Source of the DNA: an uncultured Gammaproteobacteria bacterium
GTDB taxonomy: Bacteria; Pseudomonadota; Gammaproteobacteria; GCA-001735895
NCBI GenBank assembly: GCA_964488685.1
Contig: CAZAVY010000001.1
Span: 52,462-116,461, forward strand
Direction of reading: 5' to 3'
DNA: 64,000 nucleotides
A program made the translations under genes and the position numbers. The notes below the pieces were generated by a model. The model saw only the letters and a list, made by a program, of their open reading frames with translations, did no database searches and was not told the DNA's origin. Below, piece after piece: positions 10,577 to 20,564 of this stretch (positions within the stretch are counted from its first letter, which is position 1; each line of letters opens with the position of its first letter).

Positions 10577-11752
10577 TCAGACCTTTTCCTGAACCAGTTG
10601 GTACGCTAAATGACGCGCGTTGGAATCCGCCTGCAGGATAGCTTCCAGTTCATCGGCAGGGCCCGGACTTGTTTTTTCCATTACTTTGACAATCAATTTG
10701 GGAATCTCGGTAAATTTAATTTGTTTTTGTAAAAACTTCTCAACTGCAATTTCGTTGGCCGCATTCAATACTGCCATACTGTTTCCACCCTGTTGCCAGG
10801 CCTCGCGCGCCAATGCCAGGCAGGGATAGCGTGTTTCGTCTGCCAGTGTGAAGTCTAATTGACCAACCTGCAACAAATTCAATGCTTCTACGCCACTTTC
10901 GATTCGACTCGGCCAGGCCAGGGCATTGGCAATCGGTATGCGCATATCAGGATTCCCCATTTGCGCGATCACTGACCCATCGATATATGAAACCATGGAA
11001 TGCACGATACTTTGCCGATGCAGCAAAATCTCAACATCGGCGTGATCAACCGCAAACAACCAGCAGGCTTCGATCATTTCCAGCCCCTTGTTCATCATGG
11101 TCGCGGAGTCGACTGAAATTTTTGGCCCCATATCCCAGTTAGGGTGGTCGCAGGCCTGTTGCGGGGTTACGTCATCAAGGGATCCAGCATCAAAATCCCG
11201 AAACGGACCGCCAGAACCGGTCAGAATTACCTTGCTTATGCCTCTGCCAGCAACACCCTGGTGAATGGTTCCCACGGGAAGGCATTGAAAGATTGCGTTG
11301 TGTTCGCTGTCAACCGGTAACAGTTCGGCGCCATGCCGTTTAACTTCTTTCATGAACAAGGCACCGGCCATAACCAGTGATTCCTTGTTGGCCAGCAGAA
11401 TGCGCTTACCCGCACCAACTGCGGCCAGGCATGGGAGCAACCCAACCGCACCAACGATGGCGGCAACCACCACATCGACTTCATCGGCTGCAGCGACTTC
11501 GACCAACCCAGACTCGCCTGCCAGAACCTCGGTTGGTAAATCGACAATCGCATCTTGCAGCAACTGCGCAGCATCCTCATCACGCATTACCACGAAACGA
11601 GGCTCGAACCGTCGGCATAACTGTTGCATTTTCTGATGGTTGTTATTCGCGGTTAACGCATACAACGAGTATCGATCAGTATGTCGCGCAACGATGTCAA
11701 GGGTGGATTGGCCAATCGACCCTGTTGCACCGAGGATGGTTATCCGTTTCAA
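10577..11752 (-). CDS. dxr: 1-deoxy-D-xylulose 5-phosphate reductoisomerase
   Basis: 391 aa with the N-terminal ILGATGSIGQST NADPH-binding motif and the conserved LPVDSEHNAIFQC and NKGLE motifs. Confidence 0.93.
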   Translation of the reverse strand: MKRITILGATGSIGQSTLDIVARHTDRYSLYALTANNNHQKMQQLCRRFEPRFVVMRDEDAAQLLQDAIVDLPTEVLAGESGLVEVAAADEVDVVVAAIVGAVGLLPCLAAVGAGKRILLANKESLVMAGALFMKEVKRHGAELLPVDSEHNAIFQCLPVGTIHQGVAGRGISKVILTGSGGPFRDFDAGSLDDVTPQQACDHPNWDMGPKISVDSATMMNKGLEMIEACWLFAVDHADVEILLHRQSIVHSMVSYIDGSVIAQMGNPDMRIPIANALAWPSRIESGVEALNLLQVGQLDFTLADETRYPCLALAREAWQQGGNSMAVLNAANEIAVEKFLQKQIKFTEIPKLIVKVMEKTSPGPADELEAILQADSNARHLAYQLVQEKV

Positions 11753-12567
11753 ATCGAACCTGCCAACAGGATTCCAGCGACAAACACCGGCGATGCCGCG
11801 ATTATGCTATCAATACGATCCAGTATTCCACCATGTCCCGGGAGTAAGTTGCCACTGTCTTTAACGCCGGCTTCCCGTTTCAGGATGCTTTCAAACAAAT
11901 CTCCAACCACTGACATAAGTGAGGTGACGATGCCGATCAACAGAAACTGCAGCCATCCCAGGCCCCAGCCAGAACTGACCTGGTAGATTAGTAAGATCCA
12001 GACGAAGCTGGCAACCAGACCACCACCCAACCCTTCCCAGGTTTTACCCGGGCTGATTGCCGGCGCGAGCGTGTGCTTTCCGAATTTACGCCCGCTGAAA
12101 TAGGCTCCTATGTCGGCCACCCACACCAGGCTAAACAGGTATAGCAACATTTCCGCCCCATAAACCTGGTGCAGATAAACCAGCCCATGTACGCAAATCC
12201 ACAACAAATCCAGTCCCAATCCAAGCACTAGAACCCGGGCCAGTAACGACCAATTACCGCTATGACGGTAACCGAATAAAGCACATGCGATCAGCATCCA
12301 TAGCACCAACCCTGCCAGGGATTGCCAGAAAATGAGGATCGGCTCGGCGACTGAAAGTGACCACCAGAACAGTAGCGCGAACAAGGCCGAGGCGATGACG
12401 GTGGGCAGGCCCGCCGAATTCAGGGTTAGGGTCAATAATTCCCGTGTCGAAGCAAACAGAACCCCGGCAAACAAAATTCGAGTCCAGAGCGGGTCAGGCA
12501 TCAGGATGGTACCTACCAGCACAACTGCCAGAACAATCGCAGTAATGACACGCTGCTTCAGCATCAC
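11749..12567 (-). CDS. cdsA: Phosphatidate cytidylyltransferase
   Basis: 272 aa polytopic membrane protein with the CDS signature GDLFESILKREAGVKDSGNLLPGHGGILDRIDS. It has 4-nt overlaps with both uppS and dxr. Confidence 0.9.
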   Translation of the reverse strand: MMLKQRVITAIVLAVVLVGTILMPDPLWTRILFAGVLFASTRELLTLTLNSAGLPTVIASALFALLFWWSLSVAEPILIFWQSLAGLVLWMLIACALFGYRHSGNWSLLARVLVLGLGLDLLWICVHGLVYLHQVYGAEMLLYLFSLVWVADIGAYFSGRKFGKHTLAPAISPGKTWEGLGGGLVASFVWILLIYQVSSGWGLGWLQFLLIGIVTSLMSVVGDLFESILKREAGVKDSGNLLPGHGGILDRIDSIIAASPVFVAGILLAGSI

Positions 12568-13310
12568 TGGCCTATTATCTCCTCGACCTGTTCGCCCGTC
12601 TTGCCATAGCGACGTTGCCGCCGAGAATACTCGTCCAGGGCCCCCTGCATATCATCCTGGGAGAATTCAGGCCATAATTTGTCGCAAAAATAAATCTCGG
12701 CGTAGGCCAACTGCCAAAGTAAAAAATTACTTATGCGCTGTTCACCGCCAGTGCGAATAAACAAATCCGGGTCAGCGCCGTCCCCAAGCGACAATTCGTG
12801 TCGGAAAACGGTTTCATCGATAGCGGTCGGAGACAGTTCTCCACCCTGTACCTGCCGAGCCAGGGCCCTAGCCGCATTGACAATATCCCACTGACCCCCG
12901 TAATTCGCGGCAACATTTAACATCATAATACTGTTGCCACGAGTCCTGGTTTCAGCTTCGTTGATCTGCTGCTGCAGACTTTCAGAAAATGAATTTCGGT
13001 TGCCGATAAATCGAATGCGAATACCTTTGTCATGCAATTCGCTGGTGTACTTTTTTAACGATTGCAAAAACAACTCCATCAGGCTGCTCACCTCTTCGTC
13101 GGGCCGATTCCAGTTTTCACTGCTGAATGCAAACAGGGTAAGCTGTTTGATTCCAGCACTTGCAAAAAACTCGACCGCCCGCCGGGTCGTTTCAACGCCT
13201 TTACGATGGCCGTAGCTGCGCGGCATCACCCTTTTTTTTGCCCAGCGCCCGTTGCCATCCATAATGATACAAACGTGGCCGGGAATCGACGCATGAGATT
13301 TCGAAGTCAT
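12564..13310 (-). CDS. uppS: Ditrans,polycis-undecaprenyl-diphosphate synthase
   Basis: 248 aa with the IIMDGNGRWA and FSSENWNRP motifs typical of cis-prenyltransferases. Confidence 0.92.
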   Translation of the reverse strand: MTSKSHASIPGHVCIIMDGNGRWAKKRVMPRSYGHRKGVETTRRAVEFFASAGIKQLTLFAFSSENWNRPDEEVSSLMELFLQSLKKYTSELHDKGIRIRFIGNRNSFSESLQQQINEAETRTRGNSIMMLNVAANYGGQWDIVNAARALARQVQGGELSPTAIDETVFRHELSLGDGADPDLFIRTGGEQRISNFLLWQLAYAEIYFCDKLWPEFSQDDMQGALDEYSRRQRRYGKTGEQVEEIIGQ

Positions 13311-13331
13311 GTTCCCGTATCGATACCGAAG

Positions 13332-13889
13332 TCAAATCTCCATCAAATCCTTTTCTTTGGTTTGCAACAGGGCTTCGATCTCGTCAGTAGACTGATTGGT
13401 CACCTGCTGCACCAGATCCTGCCCGCGATGTTCCTCGTCCTCGGATAGCTCCTTTTCCCGGGTCAGTGCTTTTAAATCGTTGTTGCCATCACGACGGATG
13501 TTTCTAACGGCTACACGCGCATTCTCGGCCAGCTCCCGCACTACTTTGACCAGTTCCTTGCGCCGCTCTTCGGTTAGTGGCGGCATCGCAACCCGAATTA
13601 CGGTGCCTGCGGTAGACGGGTTTAAGCCAAGATCCGAAGACATGATCGCCTTTTCAATAATTTGGACCATGCTCTTATCCCAGGGAGCTACCGCCAGGGT
13701 GCGCGCATCTTCGACGGTAATGTTCGCCGCCTGGCCTATGGGAACTTCGCTGCCATAGAAATCGACCACAATATGATTGAGCAAACTCGGATGCGCCCGC
13801 CCGGTTCTTATCTTGCTGAGTTCGGCCTTGAAGGCTTCGATACTCTTACTCATTCGATTGCGTAAATCTCGCTTGATATCTTCTATCAT
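13332..13889 (-). CDS. frr: Ribosome recycling factor
   Basis: 185 aa collinear with Frr ([11 protein letters not shown]...VAPWD...[14 protein letters not shown]). Position follows pyrH-frr order. Confidence 0.93.
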   Translation of the reverse strand: MIEDIKRDLRNRMSKSIEAFKAELSKIRTGRAHPSLLNHIVVDFYGSEVPIGQAANITVEDARTLAVAPWDKSMVQIIEKAIMSSDLGLNPSTAGTVIRVAMPPLTEERRKELVKVVRELAENARVAVRNIRRDGNNDLKALTREKELSEDEEHRGQDLVQQVTNQSTDEIEALLQTKEKDLMEI

Positions 13890-14617
13890 GGTTTAGCCTC
13901 TTTGCGGGTAACCCGGGTTCCCACCGATATTCCCATTGCCAGGTCAAGTAATGCGCCAGCTTGATTTATGTCGCAAACGACCAGATCCAACCCATTATCA
14001 TTACATAAATTCATTGCCGCAACATCCATCACTTCGAGTCGCCGATCGATTGCTTCGTCATAGTCCAGACCTGTGTAGCGCACCGCATCACTGTGTTTGA
14101 CCGGATCCTTGTCGTAAATACCGTCAACCCTGGTTGCCTTGATCAATAGATCGGCCCCAATCTCGATAGCGCGCAAACTTGCACCGGTGTCGGTGGTAAA
14201 AAAAGGACTTCCTGTTCCTGCCGCAAAAATAATAATTTCTCCGGCTGCAATACGACGGCGTGCATCCCGTTGGGTGTAAGCATCACAGACCTGCGGCATA
14301 GCAAGACCCGACATAACCGCTGATGCCACACCCCGTCGTTGCAATCCATCCTGTAGCGCCAGTGCATTCATAACGGTCGCCAACATCCCCATATGGTCAC
14401 CAGTAACGCGATCCAGTCCGGCCGCTGCCAGCGCGGAACCACGAAAAATATTCCCGCCACCGACTACGCAACCGATTTCGACACCTGCATCGCGCAACAC
14501 GATTAACTCATGGGTGAGTTTATCAATCATCAACGGGTCGATTCCCGAGCCCTGCTTGCCTAGCAATGCTTCACCGCTGAGTTTTACCAGAATACGTTTA
14601 TGTTTGATTTTCGCCAT
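13886..14617 (-). CDS. pyrH: UMP kinase
   Basis: 243 aa with the [12 protein letters not shown] and [10 protein letters not shown] motifs. Confidence 0.93.
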   Translation of the reverse strand: MAKIKHKRILVKLSGEALLGKQGSGIDPLMIDKLTHELIVLRDAGVEIGCVVGGGNIFRGSALAAAGLDRVTGDHMGMLATVMNALALQDGLQRRGVASAVMSGLAMPQVCDAYTQRDARRRIAAGEIIIFAAGTGSPFFTTDTGASLRAIEIGADLLIKATRVDGIYDKDPVKHSDAVRYTGLDYDEAIDRRLEVMDVAAMNLCNDNGLDLVVCDINQAGALLDLAMGISVGTRVTRKEAKP

Positions 14618-14761
14618 ACGATTGTGATCTGATTATGGGCAACCGGGTTTAAAATTGCAGCCCCGGCAAAATAGACTGATTACAAAAAACGAAGTTCCTT
14701 GTTAAGCAACCGGCAATTTATGCTTATTTTAACTAAACGACTCCGGTGTTACCCCCGACCC

Positions 14762-14786
14762 AAAAAAAAGCCGCGAATATCGCGAC
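14762..14786 (-). terminator. Rho-independent terminator downstream of tsf
   Basis: On the minus strand the sequence GUCGCGA-UAU-UCGCGGC forms a 7-bp stem (one G-U pair) with a 3-nt loop. A run of eight U follows directly, 11 nt after the tsf stop. Confidence 0.7.
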
Positions 14787-14796
14787 CTTGCCGGTT

Positions 14797-15675
14797 TCAG
14801 GAGTTTAGCTGCGATGCCACGTCAGCCGCAAAGTCTTCAACCTTTTTGTCGATACCTTCACCCACCTCATAGCGGATAAAACGAGTCACCGAAGCGCCGG
14901 CACTGGTGAGCAATTCGTTTACCTTCTGATCCGGATCTTTGACAAATGGCTGTCCCAACAGTGTAATTTCAGCCAGGAATTTATTGAGACGGCCCTGAAT
15001 CATCTTTTCGATAATCTCTGCTGGCTTCCCACTCGATTCTGCTTGGGTAACCAGAATCGACTTTTCTTTTTCTACAAAATCTGCTGGCACGGAATCCTGA
15101 TCGACAAATTGGGGATTGAACGCGGCCACATGCATGGCAATATCGCGTGCCAGGCTGACTTCGGCACTAGAGTCTACCAGGACGCCTATACGTGCGCCAT
15201 GCAGATAGGATGAAATCGAGCTGTCGGTTTCAACAACTTCGAAACGGCGCACCTGGATATTCTCACCAACCTTGGCTATCAAAGCCTGGCGAGCTTCTTC
15301 CACAGTCTGTCCGTTAGCCATCGTCATAGTTGACAATGCGTCGACAGAAGCAGGTTTCTGCCGGGCTACCTTTGCAAGTACGCCATCCGCGAAGGCCTGA
15401 AAATTGTCGTCTTTGGCGACAAAATCAGTTTCGGAGTTGATTTCAAGAATGACGGCAGTTTTGCCGTCATCGCTTACAGTTACCTTGATCGCACCGTCCG
15501 CTGCAACGCGTCCGGCTTTCTTGTCCGCCGTGGCGGCACCGGATTTTCGCATCACTTCCACCGCGGCTTCGATATCACCATCAGATTCGACCAGGGCTTT
15601 CTTACATTCCATCATGCCCGAGCCGGTCCGGTCGCGTAGTTCTTTTACCAAAGATGCTGTTATAGCCACTTCCAT
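14797..15675 (-). CDS. tsf: Translation elongation factor Ts
   Basis: 292 aa with the N-terminal UBA-like LVKELRDRTGSGMMECKKAL motif. It lies downstream of rpsB. Confidence 0.94.
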   Translation of the reverse strand: MEVAITASLVKELRDRTGSGMMECKKALVESDGDIEAAVEVMRKSGAATADKKAGRVAADGAIKVTVSDDGKTAVILEINSETDFVAKDDNFQAFADGVLAKVARQKPASVDALSTMTMANGQTVEEARQALIAKVGENIQVRRFEVVETDSSISSYLHGARIGVLVDSSAEVSLARDIAMHVAAFNPQFVDQDSVPADFVEKEKSILVTQAESSGKPAEIIEKMIQGRLNKFLAEITLLGQPFVKDPDQKVNELLTSAGASVTRFIRYEVGEGIDKKVEDFAADVASQLNS

Positions 15676-15714
15676 ACCTCAGTTAGGGTTCTGTTTATCT
15701 AAGCAGACGCTCGA

Positions 15715-16890
15715 TTAATCCTTATCGACGGCCGTTTTTAACGCCGCTTTTTTAGTCACTGCTTTCTGGGTGGCTGCCTTATTAGTCGCTGCTTTCTTGG
15801 TGGCCGCCTTTTTAATAGTGGATTTCCTGGCTGCGGCTTTCTTCACCGCGGTTTTCGTGGGCGCCGCTTTCTTTACCGCGGTTTTGCTGGTTGCGGATTT
15901 TTTCGGTGCCGCTTTGTCGGCATCGTCATCGGCCACGGGTGCCTGCTCTGCTTTCGCAGTAACCGCTTCGCCTACCTCAGCAACCGATTCTTGCTTTGCT
16001 TCAGATTGCTTTCCCGCGGCCTCGGCACCGGTATCGGCAGTCTCGTTAACCGATGCCGCTAATTCACTTTCCCGGCTTTCGTGGGTCGCAACTTGCGGTA
16101 CTGACTTTCTGGAGGTGACCTTGACCCCGGGTTTCGTGGATACGGCGGCGGATTCGCTGTCGGCCTCAATCTCGATGAGCTCATTGCTGCCGTCATCGGC
16201 ACTAACAATGCTGCGTTTGCCGTCGAGAACGGCATCCGCCGCCAGCCTGGTATAAAGCTTGATGGCGCGCATCGAATCGTCGTTACCGGGAACGATATAT
16301 TCAATGTTGTCGGGTGAATTGTTGGTATCGACGATGCCGACCACCGGAATTCCGAGCTTGGTCGCTTCCTGTACGGCAATCTTTTCGAAACCGACGTCGA
16401 TGACGAACAGTACATCGGGAAGGCCACCCATCTGCTTGATTCCACCCAGGGTTTTTTCGAGTTTGTCCTGTTCCCGGGACAGTTGCAAAATTTCCTTTTT
16501 GTTGATTTTTTCGTAGTTGTTACTGATCGACAAATCCTCAAGTTCCTTCAGGCGTTTGATCGATGCGCGTACCGTACGAAAATTGGTCAGCATGCCACCT
16601 AGCCAGCGGTGATTGACGAACGGCATACCGCAACGCAGGGCTTCCTGTTTTATCGTATCACTGGCGGCACGCTTGGTGCCGACAAACATGATCTTGCCCT
16701 TTCTGGATGCGATCTTTCCGAGATAATTAACCGCATCCTTGCACATAGGCATGGTTTGTTCGAGGTTAATGATATGAATCTTGTTGCGCTCGCCAAATAT
16801 AAAGGGAGCCATTTTGGGGTTCCAGAACCGGGTTTGGTGACCGAAATGCACGCCCGCTTCCAACATTTCACGCATGGTGACGTTAGACAT
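15715..16890 (-). CDS. rpsB: 30S ribosomal protein S2 with a C-terminal extension of about 146 aa (acidic/Ala-rich, then Lys/Ala-rich)
   Basis: The first ~245 aa are collinear with E. coli S2 ([15 protein letters not shown]...). An extra tail follows and ends in [56 protein letters not shown]. Confidence 0.92.
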   Translation of the reverse strand: MSNVTMREMLEAGVHFGHQTRFWNPKMAPFIFGERNKIHIINLEQTMPMCKDAVNYLGKIASRKGKIMFVGTKRAASDTIKQEALRCGMPFVNHRWLGGMLTNFRTVRASIKRLKELEDLSISNNYEKINKKEILQLSREQDKLEKTLGGIKQMGGLPDVLFVIDVGFEKIAVQEATKLGIPVVGIVDTNNSPDNIEYIVPGNDDSMRAIKLYTRLAADAVLDGKRSIVSADDGSNELIEIEADSESAAVSTKPGVKVTSRKSVPQVATHESRESELAASVNETADTGAEAAGKQSEAKQESVAEVGEAVTAKAEQAPVADDDADKAAPKKSATSKTAVKKAAPTKTAVKKAAARKSTIKKAATKKAATNKAATQKAVTKKAALKTAVDKD

Positions 16891-17113
16891 AAGTTTCTCC
16901 AGATGTCTGCTAAATAGCCTTTACGCGACTATTCCGGGTTAAGCCTCCACATACCCGACGTCTACGACCTGCTCTCTGGTAAAATGCAGGCACCCATAGG
17001 CGCGTTACGGCATGTGTGTGTCGTTAAAACATCAACTCTCGATGTTTTGATTAATTTAGCCTGGCGGTTGCCGAAGGCGCGCGCTTTATACCATAATCCC
17101 GTATTCCCAACAA
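16891..17113 (-). promoter_or_regulatory. Candidate rpsB promoter plus long structured 5' leader
   Basis: On the minus strand I read TTGTTG (17113-17108), a 17-nt spacer, then TGgTATAAA (extended -10, TATAAA at 17090-17085). This would give a leader of about 190 nt containing an 8-bp hairpin AAAACATC/GATGTTTT (17026-17048). In E. coli S2 autoregulates rpsB-tsf through a long conserved 5' UTR. I have not verified homology of this leader. Confidence 0.45.
17068..17097 (+). promoter_or_regulatory. Candidate sigma-70 promoter for map (divergent from, and overlapping, the rpsB promoter)
   Basis: TTGCCG (17068-17073), an 18-nt spacer, then CATAAT (17092-17097), 34 nt upstream of the map ATG. Confidence 0.3.
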
Positions 17114-17130
17114 CCTGTTAGTCTTATTAT

Positions 17131-17898
17131 ATGGGTATCATGATCAAATCCAGCGAAGAAATTGAAAAAATGCGGGTTGCAGGGAGACTCGCTGCCGAAG
17201 TGCTGTACATGATCGAACCCCATGTCGAACCCGGCGTGACGACTCAGCAACTGAATGATGTTTGCCATGATTTTATGGTAAACCAGCAACAAGTGGTGCC
17301 GGCACCCCTAAATTATCGGGGTTTTCCGCGTTCGATTTGCACCTCGGTCAACCACGTTGTTTGCCACGGCATTCCGGCGCATAAGAAACTCAAGAACGGC
17401 GATATTATCAATATCGACATCACCGTCATCAAAGATGACTACCACGGCGACACCAGTCGTATGTTCATGGTTGGCAAACCCACTGTGCAGGGGCAGCGAA
17501 TCTCAAGAATCGCCTATGAGTGTATGAAAATCGGTATAGAAATGATCAGACCAGGGGTGCGTTTGGGGGATATCGGTTATGCCATTCAACAACATGCCGA
17601 AAAACAAAATTGCAGTGTAGTGCGCGAGTATTGCGGTCATGGAATCGGCAAGATTTTTCACGAAGACCCCCAGGTTTTACATTACGGTAAACCGGATACC
17701 GGTCTTATGCTCGAAGCGGGAATGACGTTTACCGTCGAACCGATGATCAACCTGGGTAAGCGCATGGTAAAACTGCTGCCCGACGACTGGACCGTGGTTA
17801 CCAAGGACCATAGCCTGTCGGCGCAGTGGGAGCACACTAACCTCGTCACTGAATCTGGTTTTGAAGTGTTGACGCTGCATCCCGAATTCGGATTCTGA
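17131..17898 (+). CDS. map: Type I methionine aminopeptidase
   Basis: 255 aa collinear with E. coli Map (EEIEKMRVAGRLAAEVL, VCHGIP, DITVIKDDYHGDTS, REYCGHGIG, EPMIN, QWEHT). Confidence 0.94.
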   Translation: MGIMIKSSEEIEKMRVAGRLAAEVLYMIEPHVEPGVTTQQLNDVCHDFMVNQQQVVPAPLNYRGFPRSICTSVNHVVCHGIPAHKKLKNGDIINIDITVIKDDYHGDTSRMFMVGKPTVQGQRISRIAYECMKIGIEMIRPGVRLGDIGYAIQQHAEKQNCSVVREYCGHGIGKIFHEDPQVLHYGKPDTGLMLEAGMTFTVEPMINLGKRMVKLLPDDWTVVTKDHSLSAQWEHTNLVTESGFEVLTLHPEFGF

Positions 17899-17900
17899 GT

Positions 17901-20549
17901 GTGGCTGATGTCATCGGGCAATTCCTGGAACAGGCGCGAGAAGGTGAAACGCTGCATACCGCATCGATAGCGGCCGGCCTCGACGCCGCACGGGAACAGA
18001 TCTACCGTGATTTCGACCAGGGTATCGCCATTGAGAAATTGATACATGACGCCTCGGATCTGGTCGATCGAGTGCTCGAATTCTGTTTCCTGCATTTCAT
18101 CGGTGACAATCGGCAATGCGATTGCAGCCTGTTAGCAGTGGGTGGTTACGGCAGATCGGAACTTTTACCCGGCTCGGACATCGATTTAATGATCCTGCTG
18201 GGTAAGAAGACGAACCGCAGGCAGCAACAGCAACTCTCGGCATTTCTTACTTTCTTATGGGATATCGGGCTCGAGGTCGGGCATAGCGTACGTACCATCA
18301 AAGACTGCGTTCGTGAAGGTAAGGCCGATGTCACGGTGATGACCAACATGATTGAATCACGCCTGATCTATGGCAATGAAAAACTATACGACAAGTATCA
18401 ATTGGCGATAGCGCCCAAAAAGATGTGGTCCTCGCGCAAGTTTTTCGAAGCCAAGCTGGAAGAGCAGCGGGGCCGCCACCTGCGCTTCAATGACACCGCT
18501 TACAATCTCGAGCCCAATATCAAGGAAGGCCCCGGTGGCTTACGCGATATTCAGATTATAGGCTGGGTCGCAAAGCGCCATTTCGATGCCGGATCGTTTA
18601 AAGAATTGGTCGAACACGGGTTTCTGACCGAGGCGGAGTTTGAATTGCTGGACGCGGGTCAGCAGCACCTGTGGCGGGTACGATTCGCACTGCATCGACT
18701 GGCGGGTCGACGGGAAGATCGTTTGCTATTCGACTACCAGAAAAAAATGGCCGAAATGTTTGGTTTCGAAACCGGCGAACACAACCTGGCGATCGAGCAA
18801 TTCATGCAACAATATTATCGCACTATCATGGAGCTTGAGCGATTGAGCGAGATGCTGCTGCAGATATTCAAGGAAGAAATATTACTGACTGCGTCACAGC
18901 GAAAGCTGAAACCTATCAACGATCGTTTTAACTTACGTAATAATTTCATCGAAGTAGCCGGCCCCAACGTGTTCAGGCAGCACCCACCGGCACTGGTTGA
19001 ACTTTTTTTATTGATATCGCTCAACCAGCAATGTGCGGGTGTAACCGCATCGACAATTCGCCTGCTGCGTGAACATCTCTATCTGATCGATGAAAATTAT
19101 CGCAACGATGAGACTGTCAATCACTTATTCATGCAACTGATGAGTGCGCCCAAAGGCATGACCCACCAGATGCGACGCATGAATTCCTACGGTTTTCTGG
19201 CTGCCTATATCCCGGCCTTTGGCTTGATTACCGGGCGTATGCAATACGACCTCTTTCACGCCTATACCGTCGATCAGCATACCATCTTCGTGATACGAAA
19301 TTTACGTCGCTTTGCGCTTGAAAAACATGAAGACGAGTTTCCGTTCTGTAACCTGGTTTACAGTAAACTGGAAAATCCCCGCCTGTTGTACCTGGCAGCA
19401 TTGTTTCATGATATTGCCAAGGGCCGCGGCGGCGACCATTCGATTCTCGGGGCCGAGGAGGCAACCCGGTTTTGCGTACAGCACAAGTTGAATCGCAAGG
19501 AAACCCGGGTTGTATCGCAACTGGTTCGGGATCATCTGCTGATGTCGGTAACTGCGCAACGCAAGGACATCAGCGACCCGGATGTGGTCCGCGATTTCGC
19601 GCAGCAGATTGGCAGCATGAACATGCTGAACTACCTCTATCTGCTTACCGTCGCCGACATCCGCAGCACCAACCCGAAATTGTGGAACAACTGGAAGGAT
19701 GCGCTGCTAAAACAATTGTATCGGGCCACCAAGACCGTCATCAGACGAGGTATCGATCACGCTCCGGATATCGATGAAATTATTCGGGAAAACCGTGATG
19801 CCGCATTCGAGGAAATGTCCGATCTGCCATTTTCCGAAGCACAGATCAATTCGGTATGTGACCGGGTTCCCGGTGATTATTTTTTACGTCACCATCCGCT
19901 TGAAATCAAATGGCATGTCGATTCGATACTAAGCCACCCGGAACAATCCAGGCTGGTCAGTATCCGACAATCCACCTATTCCAAAAACACCAAGGTTTTT
20001 ATTTACGGCAACGAAGCAACCCACAGCTTCTCGCAGGTAACCGGCACGCTTGGATCACTGGGGTTGAGTATTTTGAACGCCGAAATTTTTACCACGCGGG
20101 ATAACAAGATCATGGATACTTTTATCATCCAGGATGGCAACAACCAGGCAGTAACCGATCCCGTATTTATCGAGGAAATCCAAAACCGGTTACTCAGGGC
20201 ACTGGAATCAGATTCGATTTATAAAGGTCGGTACGATACCCGTAAACCGAGACAACTGAAGGCATTTGATCATCCCACCGAGGTTCTGTTCGAGCAGGAT
20301 TATCTAAATAGCCGCACCATGATGGAGATCAGCGCAATCGATATGCCGGGCCTGTTGTCGGTTATTGCCAATGTCATTGCACAAAAGGAAATCAACATTA
20401 CCCATGCCAAGATTTCGACCCTGGGTGAAAAAATCGATGACATCTTCTATCTCACCACTCCCGATGGCAATGCCATCACCGATCAAACCATGCTGGATCT
20501 GCTCGAAAAAGATCTAGTGCAGGCACTCGAAGCCAAAAAAGCGGCCTGA
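17901..20549 (+). CDS. glnD: Bifunctional PII uridylyltransferase / uridylyl-removing enzyme
   Basis: 882 aa starting at a GTG 2 nt after the map stop. It has an NTase motif (GGYGRSELLPGSDIDLMIL), an HD domain (LFHDIAKGRGGDH) and two C-terminal ACT-like segments. Confidence 0.9.
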   Translation: MADVIGQFLEQAREGETLHTASIAAGLDAAREQIYRDFDQGIAIEKLIHDASDLVDRVLEFCFLHFIGDNRQCDCSLLAVGGYGRSELLPGSDIDLMILLGKKTNRRQQQQLSAFLTFLWDIGLEVGHSVRTIKDCVREGKADVTVMTNMIESRLIYGNEKLYDKYQLAIAPKKMWSSRKFFEAKLEEQRGRHLRFNDTAYNLEPNIKEGPGGLRDIQIIGWVAKRHFDAGSFKELVEHGFLTEAEFELLDAGQQHLWRVRFALHRLAGRREDRLLFDYQKKMAEMFGFETGEHNLAIEQFMQQYYRTIMELERLSEMLLQIFKEEILLTASQRKLKPINDRFNLRNNFIEVAGPNVFRQHPPALVELFLLISLNQQCAGVTASTIRLLREHLYLIDENYRNDETVNHLFMQLMSAPKGMTHQMRRMNSYGFLAAYIPAFGLITGRMQYDLFHAYTVDQHTIFVIRNLRRFALEKHEDEFPFCNLVYSKLENPRLLYLAALFHDIAKGRGGDHSILGAEEATRFCVQHKLNRKETRVVSQLVRDHLLMSVTAQRKDISDPDVVRDFAQQIGSMNMLNYLYLLTVADIRSTNPKLWNNWKDALLKQLYRATKTVIRRGIDHAPDIDEIIRENRDAAFEEMSDLPFSEAQINSVCDRVPGDYFLRHHPLEIKWHVDSILSHPEQSRLVSIRQSTYSKNTKVFIYGNEATHSFSQVTGTLGSLGLSILNAEIFTTRDNKIMDTFIIQDGNNQAVTDPVFIEEIQNRLLRALESDSIYKGRYDTRKPRQLKAFDHPTEVLFEQDYLNSRTMMEISAIDMPGLLSVIANVIAQKEINITHAKISTLGEKIDDIFYLTTPDGNAITDQTMLDLLEKDLVQALEAKKAA

Positions 20550-20564
20550 AGCGATTTCGACATT

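Noticed and set aside
15770-16255. A 161-aa plus-strand ORF rich in A/F/L/V, opposite the rpsB tail.
   Set aside because: It is the antisense reading of the Lys/Ala-repeat and Ala/Glu-rich S2 extension. Its low-complexity composition is an artefact of that region.
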